DNA from: Candidatus Fermentibacterota bacterium
GTDB taxonomy: Bacteria; Fermentibacterota; Fermentibacteria; Fermentibacterales; JCC-6
Length of the DNA stretch: 64,000 nt
NCBI GenBank assembly: GCA_963845085.1
Contig: CAWJQI010000005.1
Span: 224,001-288,000, forward strand
Direction of reading: 5' to 3'
The notes under the pieces were generated by a model. That model had not been told where the DNA came from. It saw only the letters and a program-made list of their open reading frames with translations, and ran no database searches. Of this stretch, positions 59,201-64,000 are shown piece after piece. Positions within the stretch are counted from its first letter, which is position 1; each line of letters begins with the position of its first letter. The position numbers and the translations under genes were made by a program.

Positions 59201-59460
59201 CCCTCCAGCTTGTCAACATAGCCTCCACCGGCGGCGACTATCCCGGAAAATGCCTGCATGATCCCGTTCACGAGCAGATGAACCAGTTCGAAGTCAAGCT
59301 TTTCCGCAAGGGCAGTGAATCCGCTGATGTCAAGGAAAAGAACGGCCACATCGCGTCTTTCGCCGGGAAGCAGATGAGGTGCCTGCAACGGGCGTTCGCC
59401 GGCGTTCCCGGCAATCCTTCCGAGATCGCGCGCAAAGTGATTCTCCAGAGTGTGCAACAT
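56239..59460 (-). CDS. class III adenylate/guanylate cyclase - STAND ATPase - TPR protein
   Basis: LFLDISGFT, KLEGD, GDVVNVASRL; Walker A GEAGIGKSRL, Walker B LEDLHW, GGNPFF; TPR array. Start uncertain. Confidence 0.9.
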   Translation of the reverse strand: MLHTLENHFARDLGRIAGNAGERPLQAPHLLPGERRDVAVLFLDISGFTALAEKLDFELVHLLVNGIMQAFSGIVAAGGGYVDKLEGDRIMALFGAGQAGDNDAIRAVDCAIRMLEALGKVNDILSAEGIEVGARAGVSCGQVIVAPDACGHLTATGDVVNVASRLEAVANPGCVIVSSSARDRCGEFYLWKDLGEISIRGRTAPVHAFEPAGPGKIPVQRWERAARISGTPLLGREREMALLWSAWAGVSEGSFGVVSIMGEAGIGKSRLLHEFVSELRREVSPPRVLTGRNLSFSQPPLGLWTTLMEDAASVFASGDGVSGQPGPSSSEAAVAEKLPFLRSLFSLDPEDTSLKEMNEDSRRREMMIGLRNLIVSASSNRDLVLVLEDLHWMDAASHEILEFLLAGLKSRKRVLFLLSSRTEGARELHASAIKTFIELGALGEADGRLIIRHMLDGCADASIENLVLARSGGNPFFIEELILDLVEGGLLVETPGGWVATGDQAEARIPESLGGILRARIDRLLPELKTSILIASVLGAEFSEGLFMKVAGMTGGAGGAYDGCLRELCRRGFLSEAGSRHEPVWRFSHILIRDASYEMLLHRNRTLLHRYAAEALEGDPECAGGDMAGVLSNHWSLAGNIGKAIEWGLRALSHCDANYLNEEGLAVADRLTEWIGTQPGSSYRDNSLFEVMMMREKFLGLLARREEQAGQLRELATVAERSGRPDWKVMAKARLGRMQIFTGKLDQARETLEPVLNESAGMTDRAVHGGILTDMAALCIKQDRPKESLPLLEEALGIFRNIGDRNSECLVINSLGIAHWNMDDMPEALSCFRAANELSRETRNRWYEGNTLLNMGVIHRCLGEIDRARELYLLALELNRETGNMQSEANAHANLGILALLDGRLSDAGEHYEEALSIYRRTGNRLLEMQTLSKLGRLFTRVQRHAEAEDCLRKSLLLQQEIGQTRDRGETLNSLAELLLLTDRFEEARPLLELALEQCRGCGDSPGEINALCMLAETALLRGDHAAAVSFRERVRALEPGIGEGDESLQKLQRLDGLLGGADSRIPEMQNPL

Positions 59461-59609
59461 GCGCTCCCAAAGCTCCAACACCCGTGACCGATGCCGGTAT
59501 CCCCCCCGGAAAAGACAATACCGGCACCGGCATGCGGAGGTCAATGCTCTCCGGGGCTTCGCCCCCGCTGTGCCCCGGGTTATGTTCACCCCATCGAAGG
59601 GAGTGCGGT

Positions 59610-60164
59610 ATGAATGACCCGGCCCGGTCATGCCCTAAACGCGGGGGAAGGGTTCAGGTCTACACGGGCAATGGCAAGGGTAAAACCACTGCGGCCCTTG
59701 GCCTTGCGGTGCGGTCGGCATGCGCCGGCTGCAGGGTCTACATCGGGCAGTTCATGAAGGGCGGCGAGTACTCCGAGCTTTGCCTTCCTTCACACTTCCC
59801 GGGGCTCATCACCATCGAACAGTACGGAACCCCGCAGCTGATCCCAAAGGGACAGGCTCCCTCCAGGGAAGACCTGGAAGGGGCGAAACGGGGGCTCTCG
59901 CTTCTCATCAAAGCGCTCTCCGGAGGCGAATACGGCCTGGTGATTGCAGACGAACTCAATGTAACGGTTCACATGGGGCTGCTCCCGGTCGGGGATGCGC
60001 TGCAGGTCCTGAGCGCAAGGCCATCAGGGGTTGAACTCGTCATCACCGGCAGGTACGCCCCGAGCGAATTCATCGAGGCCGCCGACCTGGTGACCGAGAT
60101 GGTTGAGATACGCCATTACTACAACACGGAAAAGCTTGCAGCCCGAAAGGGCATCGAATTCTAG
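59610..60164 (+). CDS. cobO: cob(I)alamin adenosyltransferase (CobO/BtuR)
   Basis: VYTGNGKGKTTAALG, QFMKG, ADE, ELVITGR, ADLVTEM, ARKGIEF. Confidence 0.93.
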   Translation: MNDPARSCPKRGGRVQVYTGNGKGKTTAALGLAVRSACAGCRVYIGQFMKGGEYSELCLPSHFPGLITIEQYGTPQLIPKGQAPSREDLEGAKRGLSLLIKALSGGEYGLVIADELNVTVHMGLLPVGDALQVLSARPSGVELVITGRYAPSEFIEAADLVTEMVEIRHYYNTEKLAARKGIEF

Positions 60165-60177
60165 GCAGGGGGTTTTC

Positions 60178-61275
60178 ATGTCGGTGCTTTTGTTGTTCCT
60201 CGCATCAGCCATCGAACCGGTTCGCATTGCCGAAAGTGCAGTATCGGTCGTTCCCCTCGATTCCGTCACGGTGCTGCTTTTCGACGAAGATGGCACCGGG
60301 CGCACGCTTGATGTCACAACCGGAATTTCCGGCCCGTGGTCACCCTCGTGGCAGCCAGCCGACGACGGCTGGATCGAGGACGGCTATACTTTCATCCTGG
60401 ACAGAAGCCCGGACGGGCGGTTCATCCTGATGGTCCGCGGCGTGTACGTGCCCGATCAACTCCCGATGCCCGAGGGCATGGAGGGCATGCGCGGAGCAGT
60501 GCTCGCGATGGTGTGCCGCCGGGATGGTTCCGATGCACGGCCTTTGGCGGTGAGCATTCTTGTGGGAGGCGGTCCGGATTTCGCAATTACGTCCGATTCA
60601 CGCTTTCTGATCGGCACTCCGCTTTTCGCCTGCGAACCCACACCGGAAGGGTACACGGCTGCAATTGGCCCGAATGGTGATGAAGACGGCATAGGTATGG
60701 TGAACCGGGTGAACCTCGCCACAGGTGACCGCGAGTTCGACGAGACGCTCGAGCTCTCCGACGGTTTCTGGAAATGCCCCTACAGCGACTGGGCAAGGCT
60801 CGAGAACAACTGGTACGCAGAACATACATTCAGCAATCTCGCAACCGGGGGCGTCGCAGGTTTCTACAGGGTCCCGGAAGGGGAGGCTTCGGTTCAGGGC
60901 TGGGTCAGGGAGGATGCCCTTCTCATGACGACGTGCAGTGGGCAGGGGCTTCTTCACGTTGACGGCAGCTTCGTGCCCTCGGCATCGCCGGATATCTGGG
61001 ATATCGTGTCGTGGCTTCCTGATGGAAGGTTCATCTACAGCACTGACGAGGGTAAAAACCTCCGGCTTGGCCGGGTGGACTGGGATACGTTCAGCCCTGA
61101 CGCCGGGGCTGTTCCGGTGGAGATCCCCGAAGACCTGCTGCTTTATGCAGCCATTCCGATGCCCGGAAGGCTCTGCACCGGGGTTCTGTTCCATGACAGA
61201 TGGGGCGACGGTTCCCTCTGGTTCCTTCCAACGGCCGGTCTGACTGAATCCGGGGCTGGGGGAAATGAACCATGA
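60178..61275 (+). CDS. secreted TolB-like/beta-propeller protein
   Basis: Signal peptide; SPDGRF, TSDSRF, LPDGRF blade motifs. Confidence 0.6.
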   Translation: MSVLLLFLASAIEPVRIAESAVSVVPLDSVTVLLFDEDGTGRTLDVTTGISGPWSPSWQPADDGWIEDGYTFILDRSPDGRFILMVRGVYVPDQLPMPEGMEGMRGAVLAMVCRRDGSDARPLAVSILVGGGPDFAITSDSRFLIGTPLFACEPTPEGYTAAIGPNGDEDGIGMVNRVNLATGDREFDETLELSDGFWKCPYSDWARLENNWYAEHTFSNLATGGVAGFYRVPEGEASVQGWVREDALLMTTCSGQGLLHVDGSFVPSASPDIWDIVSWLPDGRFIYSTDEGKNLRLGRVDWDTFSPDAGAVPVEIPEDLLLYAAIPMPGRLCTGVLFHDRWGDGSLWFLPTAGLTESGAGGNEP

Positions 61276-62537
61276 ACGTGCGCAACCATGCACTGGCCCT
61301 GCTTTTGGCCCTTGTCTCCACCTCCTTCGGGAACGGTGGCCCAGTGGACATGTCCCACATCGCCTCAACGGGGAACCTTCGGCTCGAGAACCGACCGGAG
61401 ATAAGGCTGCTGTCCGAAAACCTTCTGATAACTGTCGGTCAGTCAGAGGTTTCCGTGCGCGCCGAATACCATCTCTCAAACACCGGTGAGTCGGCCGATC
61501 TTGTCTACGGTTTTCCGGTGGAGCGGTTCATCTCCGAGTTCGACGACTACGGTGAAGACATCACGATGCTTTCCTTCACTGCCGACGGAACGCCGCTGTC
61601 CGCCTTCGAACCGCTCGCCGGTGACACGCTCGACTTCGAGGTCGAAGGGATGATGCAGAGCGGCACCGCAGTCAGCACCTGGTACCCCGTGAATCTCCAC
61701 ATCGAAAGGGGGGCCGGGATGACTCTGGTTGTCGAGTACAGCGTGAGACCCTGCTTCTCGGACTGGGAGAATTCGAAGACGTCATTTCAGAGCCACTCCT
61801 ACAGGTACTTCCGTTACCTGCTGGCCCCGTCTGGAAGCTGGGGCGACGGAACGGCCGGTTCATTCTCATGCAGGATCGACTTCACCCGCCTTCTTGAAAA
61901 CGGTGGTGAGGTGATCGCACCGCCCGCAAACGGAAGCTGGTCGGAGCCGGAGTACGGCGTTCACTGTTTCACAGCCTCACCTTTCAACATGTCCTCGGCG
62001 AACCCCGTCGAGTTCGTCTACGATCCCAGCCTGTGGATGCTTGAAGACGAGCTGCGCGAAATGTCGATAACCCCCGTGAGGATGTCATCAACAGAAACCC
62101 TTCCTCCGGCAGGGAGCAACACATACGGTGCGGAGAACCTTTTCGACTCCGATCCGTCAACGGCATGGGCGGTCCCGTTCACAGGTAACGGCGATTCCCC
62201 CTGCATAAGCATCGACCTTGAAGGCGCTGAGCTTGGTTGTGTCGCAATCATCGGGGGCTATGCAAAAAGTGGGGAAGCGTGGAACAACAACGCCAGGCCC
62301 AGACTGGTGCGGCTCACCCTTTTCAACCAGGACAACGAATGGGGCAGTGTCAACGAAGTCGAGCTCCCCGATACGGGGTATCCCGGCGAAGCAACTACGA
62401 TCGAGGCAATGAAGGTGCTTTTCGATTCGGGAATGTTCCTCCCCCAGGACTCGCTTCGGCTTGAGATCCTCAGTGTCTATCCAGGGCTGCTCTGCAACGA
62501 CCTGTGCATTTCCGAATTGGTTCTCACGGGGTGGTAG
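61272..62537 (+). CDS. DUF4424-like secreted protein with C-terminal discoidin-like domain
   Basis: NGG start of the mature chain, IRLLSENL.I, YGFP, Y.L.PSGSW; YGAENLFDSDPSTAW, GYAKS, NARPR, CISE. Confidence 0.7.
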   Translation: MNVRNHALALLLALVSTSFGNGGPVDMSHIASTGNLRLENRPEIRLLSENLLITVGQSEVSVRAEYHLSNTGESADLVYGFPVERFISEFDDYGEDITMLSFTADGTPLSAFEPLAGDTLDFEVEGMMQSGTAVSTWYPVNLHIERGAGMTLVVEYSVRPCFSDWENSKTSFQSHSYRYFRYLLAPSGSWGDGTAGSFSCRIDFTRLLENGGEVIAPPANGSWSEPEYGVHCFTASPFNMSSANPVEFVYDPSLWMLEDELREMSITPVRMSSTETLPPAGSNTYGAENLFDSDPSTAWAVPFTGNGDSPCISIDLEGAELGCVAIIGGYAKSGEAWNNNARPRLVRLTLFNQDNEWGSVNEVELPDTGYPGEATTIEAMKVLFDSGMFLPQDSLRLEILSVYPGLLCNDLCISELVLTGW

Positions 62538-63394
62538 GGGCGCTTCTTCCCGCAGCGGTACTTTTCTCCGCGAACCATGCACTGGCAGCGAGGTGTCTGC
62601 CGACTGAGCTTTCGATACCGGCCGGCGACACGCTGACACTTGAAACGGGCTGCACCTGGACACTGCTGGAGCCCGTCAGGCACGGGTATGAAAACATGAT
62701 CCCGGGAGGAACACCGGCAGGGCTCGGCGTCGACACGCTCAGCTATGCGGCCGGAACTCTCGGTGATGAAGAACTCACTCTCGTGCCGGAAGCCGGCGTT
62801 TTTTACCTGGGCATCGGTCTTGCCGGCTCTGGCGCACCTGATACGCTGCGATTCGTCGAACCGCCCAATCTTGTCTTCCCGGGCAGTGTGGTCCAGATCG
62901 CAGTGCGCACTGACGACAGCTACATCGGCTACCTTATGGAGTTGTTCAACACGCCGTTCATCATGACCCCGAGGCTGACTCCCGGCGGAGTCCACCAGAC
63001 CGACGCCAGGCTCGGGTCCGATTGCGCGGCGTTTGCCGTCTACGGACGAAGGCGCATGGGATGCCCGGTCGAGTATCTTGGCCCCTCGGGAATAAGAAGG
63101 TACCTTGAGAGCCTTATAAACGGGCAATTGCGCCCCGGACGCATTGATGGCGTTGAGGTCTACATGACGGACGCAGGGGCAACCATGCCGGTCGGGGAAG
63201 GCGGGCTCATTCCGGGCGACGTGCTGCACTTCGGTAGCCAGGTGTCGGTGTTCTATCAGGACGGCGGTGTCCCTGGCATTCTCGACCCATGTGATCTCGT
63301 CATCCAGTCCTTGTTCGACGGCCCGTGTATCGTAACCCTCCGCGAGAACGGCTTCTACCCCCTCCCCCTCTGCGTTCTGCGCTGGCGGAATTGA
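62531..63394 (+). CDS. hypothetical secreted protein
   Basis: Operonic overlap with the upstream gene; signal-like N-terminus; GSDCAAFA and LHFG..V motifs (possible NlpC/P60-like Cys-His pair, unverified). Confidence 0.55.
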   Translation: MVGALLPAAVLFSANHALAARCLPTELSIPAGDTLTLETGCTWTLLEPVRHGYENMIPGGTPAGLGVDTLSYAAGTLGDEELTLVPEAGVFYLGIGLAGSGAPDTLRFVEPPNLVFPGSVVQIAVRTDDSYIGYLMELFNTPFIMTPRLTPGGVHQTDARLGSDCAAFAVYGRRRMGCPVEYLGPSGIRRYLESLINGQLRPGRIDGVEVYMTDAGATMPVGEGGLIPGDVLHFGSQVSVFYQDGGVPGILDPCDLVIQSLFDGPCIVTLRENGFYPLPLCVLRWRN

Positions 63395-63429
63395 CATTCT
63401 GGCATGGCCCCCCCGAGCAGCACCGGCAG

Positions 63430-64000
63430 TCAGTTCTGAGCTGCCTTGATCTCGGCCCAGCTGCCGCCTTCCAGACTGTAGGGTGAATAGGTCACAACAA
63501 GGGTCGGCAGCAGGTCTTCGTGGCCCGAGTCCTTCGACCAGAAACCCGGGGCGCAGTTTCCTGTGGTTCCGGTCGAAGTGCAGTAAATACCGTGATTGGG
63601 GTGCGCTCCGCTTACCCATGCTTCGACAAACTGGGTCACATCCACACTGAACCAGCTCTGCGCTACGGGCCAGGAACCGCCGACAGACGGCTCCGGGTCG
63701 ATTGACGGCTGGGTGTTCAGGGTAACGGTCTGTTCATCCCAGTCCTCCCCGATCAGCTGGAAAACCGGCTGTCCGCTCGCAGAACCGAAAAAGCTGATGC
63801 AGTAAAGCCTCATCTCCGCGGATTCCACAACGGCGTCCTGGGGAATCGCCGACAGATCCCATTCGACAAGCGTTCTGTCCAGACAGCTTGAGTATCGCCC
63901 GAAGTAAAGGTGCGTGGGACCGCCGTTCGGATTTGTGGAATCGGGCTTGCAGTCGCAGATGTATGCATCCTGCGAGGCCGTTATCTCAACCACTTCCGCT
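63430..64000 (-). CDS. DNRLRE-domain protein with C-terminal SWAEIKA tail (5' end beyond the window)
   Basis: QDAYI..PDSTN, WDLSAIP..VESAEMRLY, WDEQTVT, DVTQFV.AW, NHG, PTLVVTY. Confidence 0.75.
   Translation of the reverse strand, partial: AEVVEITASQDAYICDCKPDSTNPNGGPTHLYFGRYSSCLDRTLVEWDLSAIPQDAVVESAEMRLYCISFFGSASGQPVFQLIGEDWDEQTVTLNTQPSIDPEPSVGGSWPVAQSWFSVDVTQFVEAWVSGAHPNHGIYCTSTGTTGNCAPGFWSKDSGHEDLLPTLVVTYSPYSLEGGSWAEIKAAQN

Overview
A GC-rich chromosomal segment from an anaerobic diderm bacterium. Taxonomy is inferred, not shown: T9SS-type C-terminal domains, gingipain/C10/C1 proteases and short C-terminal 'T/S-F/W-x-x-I-K-A' tails suggest an FCB-related candidate lineage such as Fermentibacterota. 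Housekeeping and metabolic genes include asnS, nifJ/PFOR, rubrerythrin, cobO/btuR, an aminotransferase, an aldo-keto reductase, an SSS transporter and a CPA2 antiporter. They are mixed with many secreted proteases and lipoproteins. No rRNA, intact tRNA, CRISPR array, integrase or transposase was seen. Main observations: (1) a RiPP-like locus missed by the ORF track, consisting of a radical SAM/SPASM gene split over three frames, a 42-aa Cys-rich double-glycine peptide (14415-14543) with a strong RBS and a 16-bp downstream hairpin, and a beta-propeller lipoprotein; (2) a cytosolic caspase/gingipain-like (clan CD) His-Cys protease whose N-terminal domain is repeated as a stand-alone gene next door; (3) a shared short C-terminal motif on three secreted proteins, distinct from the T9SS CTD; (4) a uORF (MTAVRRT) with mutually exclusive hairpins ahead of a porin-SSS operon; (5) a tRNA 3'-end remnant at the edge of a lower-GC gingipain block. 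Several genes are broken by apparent single-base insertions, probably assembly errors.
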